Origin: Patescibacteria group bacterium | GTDB taxonomy: Bacteria > Patescibacteriota > Minisyncoccia > Phycocordibacterales > Phycocordibacteraceae | NCBI GenBank assembly: GCA_038064495.1 | Contig: JBBTSZ010000002.1 | Span: forward strand, 152,934-216,933 | DNA: 64,000 nucleotides | Direction: 5' to 3' | Made by a program: the position numbers and the translations under genes | In this document: in pieces, positions 18,990 through 28,452 of the stretch | Numbering within the stretch: the stretch's first letter is position 1 | Layout of the letters: the number at the start of each line of letters is the position of its first letter | The notes under the pieces: generated by a model | Databases searched by the model: none | Told to the model about the DNA's origin: nothing | Seen by the model: the letters and a program-made list of their open reading frames with translations, nothing else

Positions 18990-19703
18990 ATGGACACGGA
19001 TAAGACAGCGGGCGGCACAATTATTGAGAAATACCTCACTCCGATTGCGGTAGTGGTCGGTGCACTCATTATTGCTGGTGCGTTTGCGTTTGGAAATAGT
19101 GGCACAACCGCGAACCCTCAGCAGGGTCAGCAGGCGGTGAAGGTAAACATTAAGGATGTAAAAACAGAGGGCTCACCGTTCATTGGAGATGCGAACGCTC
19201 CGGTAACGATAGCTATTTGGTTTGATTACCAATGTCCTTACTGCAAAAAGTTTGAAGAGACGGTTACCAATAAACTCATTGAGAACTACGTGAAGACCGG
19301 CAAACTCAAGATTGTCTTCAAGGATTTCCAGTTCCTCGGTGAAGATTCTATGGTAGACGCAGAATTCGCTCGCGCTATGTGGGAGGCATATCCTGACCAC
19401 TACTACGAGTGGTACATGGCTATGTTCGCTGCACAGGATGATGAAGGTGACAAAGGCTTTGGTGATCTTGAGTCAGTGAAGACACTCACCGCAAAGATTC
19501 CGGGTGTAGACGTCGCGAAGGTGGTCAAACTCATGACGGACAAGAAATCAGAGTATGACACCGCGATTACTGCCGACCGTACCGAAGGTCAGGCTCTTGG
19601 TATCAAGGGTACTCCAAACGTTATTATCGGCACCAGCCTCCTTTCAGGAGCCCAGCCCTACGAGTCTGTCGCACCACTCATTGATGCACAGCTGAAGAAG
19701 TAG
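18990..19703 (+). CDS. DsbA/BdbD-family thioredoxin-fold oxidoreductase, membrane anchored
   Basis: DYQCPYC, GIKGTP, GAQPY. Confidence 0.9.
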   Translation: MDTDKTAGGTIIEKYLTPIAVVVGALIIAGAFAFGNSGTTANPQQGQQAVKVNIKDVKTEGSPFIGDANAPVTIAIWFDYQCPYCKKFEETVTNKLIENYVKTGKLKIVFKDFQFLGEDSMVDAEFARAMWEAYPDHYYEWYMAMFAAQDDEGDKGFGDLESVKTLTAKIPGVDVAKVVKLMTDKKSEYDTAITADRTEGQALGIKGTPNVIIGTSLLSGAQPYESVAPLIDAQLKK

Positions 19704-19723
19704 TCTCTCCTCACTCGTTTGAA

Positions 19724-19755
19724 AGAGAAAACAGCCCCTTCGGGCTGTTTTCTCT
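19724..19755 (+). terminator. Intrinsic terminator
   Basis: AGAGAAAACAGCCC-CTTC-GGGCTGTTTTCTCT. Confidence 0.75.
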
Positions 19756-19806
19756 AATCTCACAAAGGGCTTTTCAGTCCTGCTAAGCCTGGTACACTAG
19801 CTTCTA

Positions 19807-20310
19807 ATGGCAAATGGCTATAACGAATGGAAGGTGGATATGACGAGCGGGAAGGATATCCCGCACTATTACGGGGATTATGTCCGCACGCTTTTTATTG
19901 TTATGGCAGTGGTCTCCTTTATCGCGACTCCGCTCTGGGGAGATTTACTCCCGTTTGGGGTGATTGCACAGACGGTGGCACCGCTTCTTCTCGTCTTGCT
20001 TGCAGGACTCACGAGTGCAAAAAACCACTACATCATGCTTATCAATGCGACCATTTCCGGCGTATCTGTCCTCTTACTTGAGTCGTATGCCATTATCATG
20101 CACCATACACAGTCCTCCGAACTTTTCTTTGCTCGAGAAGCCGGCGTACTTCTTATGCTCGGTTCTCTCTACTTCAGTATCAAAACATTTCGCGCCATGA
20201 TGAGCGGCAAGATGGGTCACTTTGATTCACTCTTTGAATTTGATGGCGCGACACCTCCACCAGTAGCAGACGATTCGATACACGCCGATATCAGTTCCTA
20301 TAATGAATAA
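19807..20310 (+). CDS. Hypothetical membrane protein (4 TM)
   Basis: HYYGDYVR..F N-terminus and hydrophobic helices; -10 TACACT 8 nt upstream. Confidence 0.7.
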   Translation: MANGYNEWKVDMTSGKDIPHYYGDYVRTLFIVMAVVSFIATPLWGDLLPFGVIAQTVAPLLLVLLAGLTSAKNHYIMLINATISGVSVLLLESYAIIMHHTQSSELFFAREAGVLLMLGSLYFSIKTFRAMMSGKMGHFDSLFEFDGATPPPVADDSIHADISSYNE

Positions 20311-20319
20311 GGTAGACTG

Positions 20320-20766
20320 ATGAGTATGAACCTCATCACCAAAATTAAATCGGTAGACTGGAATCACGTTACGAAATATTCTCAAATACTCGCCGTTGTA
20401 CTCTTTGTTGGTGTCTTCGGACTTGGTTTCTGGCTCGGAAAAACCTACGAGTATCGGGCTTTCACTAATTCTCTTAAGGAAGCTCATAGTAAGGCTGCTC
20501 CCGACAGTGGAAAATCAATTGCAGATGTTACCTACAGCTGCAATGCAGACAAATTCCTCCACGCACTCTATTTTGGTGACCACGTCAGTATCGCTGCATC
20601 TGACGGACGTAATCTCTATCTTCCGCTGACACCTTCCGCATCAGGAGCTCACTATACCAACCAGGACGAGTCGGTGGTTTTCTGGAACGAGGGGAATACA
20701 GCCTTTATTACCGAGGGTAAGAAAACCACTTTCGAAAATTGCATAGCCAAGCCCATCCCAGAATAA
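20320..20766 (+). CDS. MliC/PliC-family lysozyme inhibitor, membrane anchored
   Basis: YSC..., SASGAHY, FWNEGNTA, C-terminal Cys. Confidence 0.8.
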   Translation: MSMNLITKIKSVDWNHVTKYSQILAVVLFVGVFGLGFWLGKTYEYRAFTNSLKEAHSKAAPDSGKSIADVTYSCNADKFLHALYFGDHVSIAASDGRNLYLPLTPSASGAHYTNQDESVVFWNEGNTAFITEGKKTTFENCIAKPIPE

Positions 20767-20828
20767 AGGACGGTGTGGATTCACACAGCTGTAAGATGAC
20801 GTCCTGTAGGGCGTCATATACTGTACCT

Positions 20829-21374
20829 ATGAAACATTCATTGCTTTCGGTGCTGTTTGCATTCGTACTCTTTACTCCCGTCACGCAAGCAGCGAGCGAT
20901 GTCTGTACCACCGACTATAGTCCAGTCTGTGGCGCACACCCAGTACAGTGCATTAAGGCTCCGTGCTATCCGGTGTATCAAACGTATTCAAATGCTTGCA
21001 TGATGGAGCGAGAATCAGCAAGTTTCATCCACTCCGGCACCTGCACATCTGAGGAGAATGGACCAGTATTGCCGGTTGAAGCATACACACCACCCAAGAA
21101 TTGCACCGCATGGTTTGATGGTTGTAATTCATGTAGTCGAGGTCCGAAAGGCACTGCCATGTGTACCTTGCGTGCGTGCCAAATAGGCTCGGAGAAACCC
21201 GGGTACTGTACCGCCTATGAAGAGCCTGCTCCCGTCGTAACCCCACCAAAGGGAGGTACGGGAGTGGTACATCCGACACCGCCTGTTACTGAGGCAACTA
21301 CAACAACGGAATCAACCCCACCACCTGGATTCCTCGAGAGGTTATGGAATTGGTTTTTGCACTGGTTTCGGTAA
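20829..21374 (+). CDS. Secreted Cys-rich protein: Kazal-like domain + WFDGCNSC module + Pro/Thr tail
   Basis: Signal peptide; CTTDYSPVCG..TYSNAC; CTAWFDGCNSC..CTLRAC. Confidence 0.75.
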   Translation: MKHSLLSVLFAFVLFTPVTQAASDVCTTDYSPVCGAHPVQCIKAPCYPVYQTYSNACMMERESASFIHSGTCTSEENGPVLPVEAYTPPKNCTAWFDGCNSCSRGPKGTAMCTLRACQIGSEKPGYCTAYEEPAPVVTPPKGGTGVVHPTPPVTEATTTTESTPPPGFLERLWNWFLHWFR

Positions 21375-21479
21375 AATAGGACTATCCCCAGAGGCTCAAA
21401 AAGTAGCTTTCACTGTTTTAGAAAGATTTATACTTAAGGGGTAAGATCATAACGATCATTAAATAAATTACAAAACGCT

Positions 21480-21872
21480 ATGGCTAAAACGCTTGCGATT
21501 GTGTTCGGTATCGTGTTTGTGCTCGTCGGTGTGCTCGGCTTCATTCCAAACGGAATAGTAGGCGCAATGGGAATCTTTGAGACCAATACGTTGCATGACC
21601 TCGTGCACTTGCTCGTTGGTATCATTCTCCTTGCTGTTGCTTTCACGGCACCAATGAAGTCCGCTCTATGGCTTAAAATCCTCGGCGCGGTCTACCTCGT
21701 ACTTGCGGTACTTGGTTTCCTCATGATTCCTTCAGGAGGAATGCTTCTTGGTCTCGTGCAGATGAATGCTACTGATCACCTCCTTCACGCTGTGCTTGGT
21801 ATCGTGCTTATTGCTGCTGGCGCCATGGGTGGCGGTAGCAAACCAGCAATGATGCCTGGTTCTGCGATGTAA
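21480..21872 (+). CDS. DUF4383-like membrane protein
   Basis: GVLGFIP, N.LHDLVHL..G, N..DHLLH pattern. Confidence 0.7.
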   Translation: MAKTLAIVFGIVFVLVGVLGFIPNGIVGAMGIFETNTLHDLVHLLVGIILLAVAFTAPMKSALWLKILGAVYLVLAVLGFLMIPSGGMLLGLVQMNATDHLLHAVLGIVLIAAGAMGGGSKPAMMPGSAM

Positions 21873-21912
21873 GACAGACGCTACGCGTTGTCTTGCTGAC
21901 TGCGCTCGCTCA

Positions 21913-21942
21913 GAAAAAAGACCTCCACAAGAGGTCTTTTTT
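21913..21942. terminator. Bidirectional intrinsic terminator
   Basis: GAAAAAAGACCTC-CACAA-GAGGTCTTTTTTC. Confidence 0.7.
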
Positions 21943-22028
21943 CATTCACTCGCTTGTCAGTAAGCCTCGCTGTTTGTTTGTATATAAAAACCACCATGCC
22001 GAGACGATGGTGGTGTGGTTGAAGGGAA

Positions 22029-22250
22029 TTAGGGAAGAATAGGACGTGCTTGAGGAAGTGGAAAGGGTGGTTGGCTTGGAGTACCGAGAGCTGCGGACTT
22101 TGCGGCATATCCAGAGGCAACGTTGGCTGACACTTCAGCTCCATGCAAGAACGAGACCATGGTGCTAATTCCTTGGGTGAGAACAGCGGGGGCGAGAAAT
22201 CGTAGAACAATAATCAAGATACCAAGACCAATAGCATTCCGTATACCCAT
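22029..22250 (-). CDS. Small hypothetical membrane protein
   Basis: 73 aa, N-terminal TM helix, Pro-rich tail. Confidence 0.55.
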   Translation of the reverse strand: MGIRNAIGLGILIIVLRFLAPAVLTQGISTMVSFLHGAEVSANVASGYAAKSAALGTPSQPPFPLPQARPILP

Positions 22251-22367
22251 ACAGATGTGGTGATGAGTAAATTGCAGTTCGTAACTGCAACGAGACAGGC
22301 AGGGTCTCTTGACTATATCTATGAACGGCTCCCTCTACCCTTAGAAACCAACGCTACCGATGAAAGG

Positions 22368-22916
22368 TTACGTAGTTGATGTGGTTGCAAGTAGGTCGGC
22401 AAATTCCTTCTGCACTTTCTGAAGTTTAGGAGCAATAATCACCTGGCAGTAACCCTGATTCTTGTTGTTGGCGTAGTAGTTCTTGTGATAATCCTCAGCA
22501 GGATAAAAGGTCGCGTTTTCTTCCACCGTTGTCACGATAGGGTCGCCTCCTTCGGCGGAGTGTTCCAATTCTGCAATAAAGGCTTTTGCCTCCTCAGCTT
22601 GTAGAGGGGTGGTAGGGAAGACCGCGGAACGGTACTGCGTACCGACGTCGTTTCCTTGTTGGTTCAACTGTGTGGCGTCGTGACTACCGAAAAAGACCGT
22701 CATGAGAGAACGGTAAGAAACGAGGGAGGGATCGTATTCAATACGGATGACTTCTGCGTGTCCGGTGGTTCCGGTAGAGACGTCTTGGTACGAAGGGTTT
22801 GGATTTTTTCCTCCGGCGTAGCCTGGCTCAACCTTTGAAACACCCTTCAGCATTTGGAATACTGCTTCGGTGCACCAGAAACAACCCCCACCGAATATTG
22901 CAACTTCAGTGTTCAT
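22368..22916 (-). CDS. msrA: Peptide methionine sulfoxide reductase A
   Basis: GGCFWCTE, GHAE, QYRS, AEDYH. Confidence 0.96.
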   Translation of the reverse strand: MNTEVAIFGGGCFWCTEAVFQMLKGVSKVEPGYAGGKNPNPSYQDVSTGTTGHAEVIRIEYDPSLVSYRSLMTVFFGSHDATQLNQQGNDVGTQYRSAVFPTTPLQAEEAKAFIAELEHSAEGGDPIVTTVEENATFYPAEDYHKNYYANNKNQGYCQVIIAPKLQKVQKEFADLLATTSTT

Positions 22917-23314
22917 TTTGCTCCTTCCTCGAAGTCGAGGCAGACGGAATTAATGCAGTATCTCTTTCCGCCTGCTTCAGCAGGTCCGTCTTCAAACACG
23001 TGTCCGAGGTGTCCGTTGCACTGCTTACAGTAGACTTCGGTACGGTGCATACCGTGACTGTCATCTGAACGTGTCCCGACATTTTCCGCGACCGCAGGGT
23101 CAGTGAAAGAAGGCCAGCCCGTACCTGAGTCAAACTTCTGGTCACTCGTAAAAAGGACGTTTCCGCAGGCCTTGCACTTGTACATGCCGGCCTCGTGATT
23201 ATCTACATATTTCCCAGTAAACGGAGCTTCGGTCTCTCCTTTCCTGAGCACCGCATATTCCTCAGGGGAAAGTTTGTTGCGCCACTCTTCATCTGTTTTT
23301 TGCATGGGTTCCAT
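22913..23314 (-). CDS. msrB: Peptide methionine sulfoxide reductase B
   Basis: CKAC, GWPSF, RTEV.C..C.GHLGHVF.DGP, RYCINS. Confidence 0.96.
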   Translation of the reverse strand: MEPMQKTDEEWRNKLSPEEYAVLRKGETEAPFTGKYVDNHEAGMYKCKACGNVLFTSDQKFDSGTGWPSFTDPAVAENVGTRSDDSHGMHRTEVYCKQCNGHLGHVFEDGPAEAGGKRYCINSVCLDFEEGAK

Positions 23315-23357
23315 ATACTCCCATTCTATCATTTTTGCTTATGCTAGTATTGAGGTC

Positions 23358-23798
23358 ATGACGCGCAAGAACCTCCTCTACACGATAGGTTTTTTTGCTT
23401 TTATAGGCCTTCTGGATGCCTGGTACTTGGCTGATATGGCACTTACCGGTGGAAGCCTTACCTGCACACTAGAAGGTCTTGATGGATGTAACGTGGTTGC
23501 ACAAAGTAGCTATTCACGGTTATTCGGTCAGCCGCTCGCGCTCTACGGCGTCTTTTTCTATGTGTTCTTCCTCATCACGGCCTCACTCGCGTTTTACAAA
23601 CCGACCCGTACCGTTGATCACCTCATCATTCTCCTTGGTATCGGTGGTTTTGCGTCCTCGCTCTACTTCCTCTATGTGCAGTTTGTCCTCATTCAAGCTC
23701 TCTGTGTGTATTGTCTCGGTTCAGCCATTGCATCCACGTGTTTACTTGCTCTGGCTATTCTCCTAAAACGTCGCGGACACAGCTTGACTATCCCTTAG
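23358..23798 (+). CDS. Vitamin K epoxide reductase (VKOR) family protein
   Basis: C..GC..V..S.YS..FG.P and CVYC active site. Confidence 0.88.
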   Translation: MTRKNLLYTIGFFAFIGLLDAWYLADMALTGGSLTCTLEGLDGCNVVAQSSYSRLFGQPLALYGVFFYVFFLITASLAFYKPTRTVDHLIILLGIGGFASSLYFLYVQFVLIQALCVYCLGSAIASTCLLALAILLKRRGHSLTIP

Positions 23799-23824
23799 CT
23801 CCACTCGTGGTATTATCGGGCCAT

Positions 23825-24979
23825 ATGGCAAGACGACTCGCCTTGGCCCTCATTCTCACGGTTCTCCCGTGGTCGGCTCATGCGGCAACCCTTGAATCTG
23901 GCCGGACCATTGTATTGTCTGAAGCTTCCTCTACAAACGCGTACCTTGCTGGTACGGATGTCACGGTCGTCGCACCACTTGCCGGTGACTTGCTAGCTGC
24001 AGGTGCAACTATTCACGCAAATGCTCCTATCGCAGGAGACCTTATGCTTGCAGGCGGAACGATACTCGTTGAAAAGCCCGTAGCGGGCGATGTGCGTGTG
24101 TTTGGTGGTGAAGTAACCCTTTCCGCCCCAATTGGTGGAGATTTGCTTGCAGCGGGTAATACCGTTATCGCGTCCACGAGTGCACGTGATACGCGTATTG
24201 CAGGCGCTACCGTAAAGCTCCTCGCAGGCGCCAGCGGCCCCGTACACGTGGTTGGTTCTGACATCACCCTTACGGGAGACTTTAGTGGGGACGTCACGAT
24301 TGAAGCCTCAAACAGCATCACGATTACGGACGGTACGCACATACACGGCGGTCTAAAGTACAACGCACCGGAACAGATTGTGATTCCAGCGACCGCTCTC
24401 GTTGACGGAGGAATCACCTATATTGGCAGTTCTGCATATCTTCCAACCAACAGCGAAGCACACACCTTTGCACTTGCCGGTGCCACCATTCTCTTCCTGG
24501 TAGGCATGATTGCGCTCAGCATTCTTGCCGGACTCTTTGCCGGACTCTTCCCGGAGTTTACTCACCAGATTGCTGAGAAAACGTTGTCAGCCCGACCGCA
24601 ACGGTTCGTCCTCCTCACCCTTCTTGGATTCGGCGTTCTCGTTGCAACACCGGTTCTTATTTTGATACTCGGCCTTTCGTTCGTGGGTATTGGGGTCGCG
24701 ATCGCCCTTACCGGCGTCTATGCACTCTTCATCATGTCTGCCTACGTCTATGCAGGAATTCTTGCAGGAGCTGCACTCTCACGGCGCTTCCTCAAGCGTA
24801 ACGTTATCACCTGGAGGGAAGCGGTGATTGGTACCTTCATCTTGTATTTCATCGGACTCATACCGTTCCTCGGCGGACTCATTAAATTTATTCTCATGAT
24901 GTCAGCTGGTGGAGCGATTGTCTCTATCGTCTACCACTTCACATTCAAGCGGGAGGAACAGCTCGTAGCTGAGGTCTAA
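23825..24979 (+). CDS. Bactofilin-like beta-helix repeat protein with C-terminal multi-TM domain
   Basis: Signal peptide, repeated GDLL.AG..I units, then hydrophobic helices. Confidence 0.7.
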   Translation: MARRLALALILTVLPWSAHAATLESGRTIVLSEASSTNAYLAGTDVTVVAPLAGDLLAAGATIHANAPIAGDLMLAGGTILVEKPVAGDVRVFGGEVTLSAPIGGDLLAAGNTVIASTSARDTRIAGATVKLLAGASGPVHVVGSDITLTGDFSGDVTIEASNSITITDGTHIHGGLKYNAPEQIVIPATALVDGGITYIGSSAYLPTNSEAHTFALAGATILFLVGMIALSILAGLFAGLFPEFTHQIAEKTLSARPQRFVLLTLLGFGVLVATPVLILILGLSFVGIGVAIALTGVYALFIMSAYVYAGILAGAALSRRFLKRNVITWREAVIGTFILYFIGLIPFLGGLIKFILMMSAGGAIVSIVYHFTFKREEQLVAEV

Positions 24980-24980
24980 T

Positions 24981-25451
24981 ATGGCGTTTCCAGCCGTACA
25001 TACTAAAGCACCGGACTTTACGCTCCCTGACCAAGATGGAAAGATGCATACCTTGAGCGCACTCAAAGGCTCATGGGTGCTCATCTATTTTTATCCGAAA
25101 GACGATACGCCAGGATGCACGAAGCAGGCGTGCATGCTTCGCGATGCTGAGCCGGATTTTTCAAAACTAAACGCCGTCGTACTCGGTGTGTCAGCGGACT
25201 CGATCGCAAAACACAAAAAGTTTGTGGACAAATATGGCCTCCCATTTCCGCTTCTTGCAGACGAAGATAAGAAGGTGGTGAAAGCCTACGATGTGTGGCA
25301 GTTGAAAAAGATGATGGGTAGAGAATACGAAGGCATTGTCCGGACCTCATTTCTGATTAATCCAAAGGGAGAGATTGAAAAGATTTACGAAAAAGTGAAG
25401 CCGGAAATGCATGCAGAAATGGTACTTGCCGACCTAAAGGAGTACGCCTAA
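24981..25451 (+). CDS. bcp: Thioredoxin-dependent peroxiredoxin Bcp/PrxQ
   Basis: YFYPKDDTPGCTKQAC. Confidence 0.95.
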   Translation: MAFPAVHTKAPDFTLPDQDGKMHTLSALKGSWVLIYFYPKDDTPGCTKQACMLRDAEPDFSKLNAVVLGVSADSIAKHKKFVDKYGLPFPLLADEDKKVVKAYDVWQLKKMMGREYEGIVRTSFLINPKGEIEKIYEKVKPEMHAEMVLADLKEYA

Positions 25452-25562
25452 AAAGCTCATATGCTTTGTTACGGGTCCCAACTGGCTCGTCCGCCGTATA
25501 GCACATACGTCTCCCTCGCCAGTTTTCCCGTGCCTCGCCTCTGAAGCTTTTTAAACGTACTC
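25440..25562 (+). repeat. Stop-codon-anchored palindromic element, copy G (overlaps bcp 3' end)
   Basis: GAGTACGCCTAAAAAGCT/AGCTTTTTAAACGTACTC stem; core TGCTTTGTT..CCGCCGTA..TACGTCT..GCCTCGCCTCTG, closest to copy E. Confidence 0.75.
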
Positions 25563-25569
25563 TAAGCCC

Positions 25570-26253
25570 ATGTCCCAACTTGTCATGAACCAGAAGAAGT
25601 TTGATGAGCGCAGAAAGCGTGCGGCAAAGATAGTCTCGTATTTAAAAAAGACCTATCCTGTCCCCAAGACGGAACTTGTCTACGATACTGACTTCCAGCT
25701 TTTGTCCGCAGTCATTTTGTCAGCGCAGTGCACCGATAAGAAAGTAAACGCGGTCGCAGACAAACTCTGGAAGAAATACAAAACAGTTGCCGATTTCGCC
25801 AGGATGGATAGGGAAGTGTTTGAGCGTGAGATTTCCGGCATTACCTACTATCGCAGTAAGGCGCGTTACATACAGGAGTCCGCGCAGCTTGTCGTAGCGA
25901 ATTTTGACGGTAAGGTGCCAAAGACTGAGAAGGAACTCATTACGCTTCCGGGCGTGGCGTACAAGACCGCGCACGTCGTTCTGAACGAACTCTTTAATAT
26001 CTCAGAAGGTATTCCAACCGATACGCATGTACGGCGCTTCGCGCTCCGATTTGATTTAGTAGACAATACGGTACTCTCAAAGATTTCCAAGGAGCTGGAA
26101 GCACTTATTCCGAAGAAAGACTGGAAGTATGTAAACAATGGCCTCGTACTCTACGGACGGTATGTCTGTAACGCCATTCCACATGATTGTTCAAAGCATC
26201 CACTCACCAAACTGTGGCCGAAGGCTGGTATGATATGGCCGAAGGCTAAGTAA
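25570..26253 (+). CDS. nth: Endonuclease III (HhH-GPD glycosylase) with degenerate Fe-S motif
   Basis: LSAQCTDKKVN, LPGVAYKTA, DTHV; C-terminus CNAIPHDCSKH. Confidence 0.9.
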   Translation: MSQLVMNQKKFDERRKRAAKIVSYLKKTYPVPKTELVYDTDFQLLSAVILSAQCTDKKVNAVADKLWKKYKTVADFARMDREVFEREISGITYYRSKARYIQESAQLVVANFDGKVPKTEKELITLPGVAYKTAHVVLNELFNISEGIPTDTHVRRFALRFDLVDNTVLSKISKELEALIPKKDWKYVNNGLVLYGRYVCNAIPHDCSKHPLTKLWPKAGMIWPKAK

Positions 26254-26255
26254 CT

Positions 26256-26858
26256 ATGAGTCCCCACGAAATTATTGGTATCACTGCGGGGGTGCTCGCG
26301 TTCGGTTCTGCTATTCCGTACATATGGGACATCATCGGTGGCATCACAAAGCCAAACACCGTTACGTATTTTGTCTGGACTCTTCTGCAAGGGATTGCTA
26401 TTGCGGCTCAGCTTGAGTTAGGAGCTTCATGGTCCATATTCCTGCTTGTAGGAACAACGCTGAACACCGGAATCATTTTCCTCCTCTCGTTGACTAAGTA
26501 TGGGTATAAAAAATACAGTAACGTTGATACCGTCGCACTTATTCTTGCGGGTATCGCCATTCTCATCCTTATTTTCACGGAACACCCGGTGCTCGCCATT
26601 TTGCTTCCGATTGTGGCGGACGCGATTGGTGCGGTTCCAACTGTTGTAAAAACCCGAAAATATCCGCATACGGAAGAACGCTTTGCGTGGTTCCTCATGA
26701 TTATTGCGTCAGCACTCGGTATTGTGGCAACTGAAAAGCTGGATTTTGCGAACCTCGCGTACCCATCGTTCCTCTTGTTTGAAGCTATTGTTATCTTCTC
26801 CCTCGCTTTCTTCACAAAACGAACGCTCGTTTGTCGCTGGGGCAGAGGCTGTATTTAA
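26256..26858 (+). CDS. Hypothetical multi-TM protein (PQ-loop-like two-repeat membrane protein)
   Basis: IPYI.DI..G.TKPN and PT..K..K.P.TE repeats. Confidence 0.65.
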   Translation: MSPHEIIGITAGVLAFGSAIPYIWDIIGGITKPNTVTYFVWTLLQGIAIAAQLELGASWSIFLLVGTTLNTGIIFLLSLTKYGYKKYSNVDTVALILAGIAILILIFTEHPVLAILLPIVADAIGAVPTVVKTRKYPHTEERFAWFLMIIASALGIVATEKLDFANLAYPSFLLFEAIVIFSLAFFTKRTLVCRWGRGCI

Positions 26859-26866
26859 AGGACATA

Positions 26867-26895
26867 TTGACAAACAGGACTAAATGACCTATAAT
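26867..26895 (+). promoter_or_regulatory. Consensus sigma70 promoter TTGACA-N17-TATAAT
   Basis: Perfect hexamers upstream of orphan ORF at 26925. Confidence 0.75.
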
Positions 26896-26924
26896 ATTAG
26901 GTAGACCAGTTGGAGGTATTTCAA

Positions 26925-27302
26925 ATGGATTTATTCACGAAATTTATTTTCGGGGCAATAATTCTCATCTTGTGTGCGTGTGTGGCGGGACTCGGCTTTG
27001 TCATTGGAGATGTGGTGTATTTGCCGATTCACCAAAGCCTTGGTCAGATTATGGTAAAGGATTATAGTCCAGCCTACACGACCATGATGCCCATGGTGGT
27101 TGGTAAGAATGTAATCCTCATGCCCCAGTCGCGTTCCGAGTCTTACTCAGTATGCATCTACGTGTTTGATATATCTCAAACAGACTGCCGGGATGTGTCA
27201 CATGATGCGTGGGAACGCGCTGGCGAGGGTACGCAAGTAACGGTTGCCTACACTAAGGGCCGATTCTCGCACAAGCCGACCATAACAGATGTTGCATTTT
27301 GA
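26925..27302 (+). CDS. Hypothetical single-TM protein (orphan, SD-led)
   Basis: GGAGGT SD; N-terminal TM; own promoter and downstream hairpin. Confidence 0.65.
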   Translation: MDLFTKFIFGAIILILCACVAGLGFVIGDVVYLPIHQSLGQIMVKDYSPAYTTMMPMVVGKNVILMPQSRSESYSVCIYVFDISQTDCRDVSHDAWERAGEGTQVTVAYTKGRFSHKPTITDVAF

Positions 27303-27425
27303 CCCACCAAGCGGAAAACTCGCTTCGGTGGGTTTTCTGTTTACTCAAGCTCGAGCAGGTTGCGTTTTTCCTGGAAATCAGGATAGTAGGGAGGGTTATA
27401 GATTTTTTAAACGTAGGAGGTGAAT

Positions 27426-27974
27426 ATGACGGAAGTTCTTGAGAAAACAGTGTTTCCAATCGACTACAGGGCTGTGTGTGCCTTGAACCAAGTCTCAGCC
27501 GCCACAGTAAAATCTTGCAAACAAAGCATCAAGGCTCTTGAAACACGTCGTTACCAGATGGATGGTATTGTCGGAATTACCTATGCACTACTCACGCATT
27601 GGAGCCAGAACGACCCAGGCAAGTACGGTCTGAGCATCTCGTTTCTTGGGCAAAACGAACATCGCGTTTTGGTTGAAGAATATCTACCTCCCGACATCAA
27701 ACGTTTTACAAAAGAGGAATGGGAAGCCGCTCCTCTGAGTGAGCGGCAACATGGATTTGATCCCAGACGCAAGGTCATATCACTCGCTGACGTACTTTGT
27801 GCCGAGTGTCCGGAATGTCATGAATCGCACCCAGTACTTGAATGGTACCGACAGACCTATGACGGCCCGGGTGGCGATGAGTGGTTAAAGCGACACATCC
27901 TGCTTTGTTGTGCCGACGTTGATTCGCCAAAGCAAATTGAACTTGACCGTAAGGTCTCTGCTGACCGATTCTAA
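27426..27974 (+). CDS. Hypothetical protein with CxxC/His putative Zn site (orphan)
   Basis: AGGAGGTG SD; CAECPECHESH..LLCC. Confidence 0.65.
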   Translation: MTEVLEKTVFPIDYRAVCALNQVSAATVKSCKQSIKALETRRYQMDGIVGITYALLTHWSQNDPGKYGLSISFLGQNEHRVLVEEYLPPDIKRFTKEEWEAAPLSERQHGFDPRRKVISLADVLCAECPECHESHPVLEWYRQTYDGPGGDEWLKRHILLCCADVDSPKQIELDRKVSADRF

Positions 27975-28078
27975 CAGCACATTCTACTAGCGCTCCGGCT
28001 CTGCTGGAGCGCTTCTGTTTTCTAGAAGCTAATGGGAATCTATGATACGGTCTGACTGGGATAGAAGGAGCTTTAGAA

Positions 28079-28381
28079 ATGGCATATGACGACCACTTGG
28101 AAGCAGAGTTTCAGAGCAATGATCGCCGGAAACGGGAGGCTCGAGAGGCTGCCGAAGCAGCAAAGAAAATAAAGGTCAAAATCGTCCGAGTGCGGGCAAT
28201 GATTGACCCGCAACACGATCTTTTCAATGTTGAGATAGTGAGCACGACGGGTGAATGGCGCGAAACCGTGGGTTCGGAAGCCGATCTCCGGTTGCTTCTG
28301 AAAGGTATTGAAGCTGGTGCCGCCATGGTCGGCGGTCACGCCACTATTGGTGACATTCCTACCGAACCCTTGCTTCTCTGA
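28079..28381 (+). CDS. Hypothetical protein (orphan)
   Basis: AAGGAG SD; 100 aa; terminator follows. Confidence 0.6.
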   Translation: MAYDDHLEAEFQSNDRRKREAREAAEAAKKIKVKIVRVRAMIDPQHDLFNVEIVSTTGEWRETVGSEADLRLLLKGIEAGAAMVGGHATIGDIPTEPLLL

Positions 28382-28452
28382 ACAAAAGGCCGTCCGACAT
28401 ATCAGTTGGATGGCCTTTTTCTTTTTATATCTATCAGGAGTACGATAGGGGC

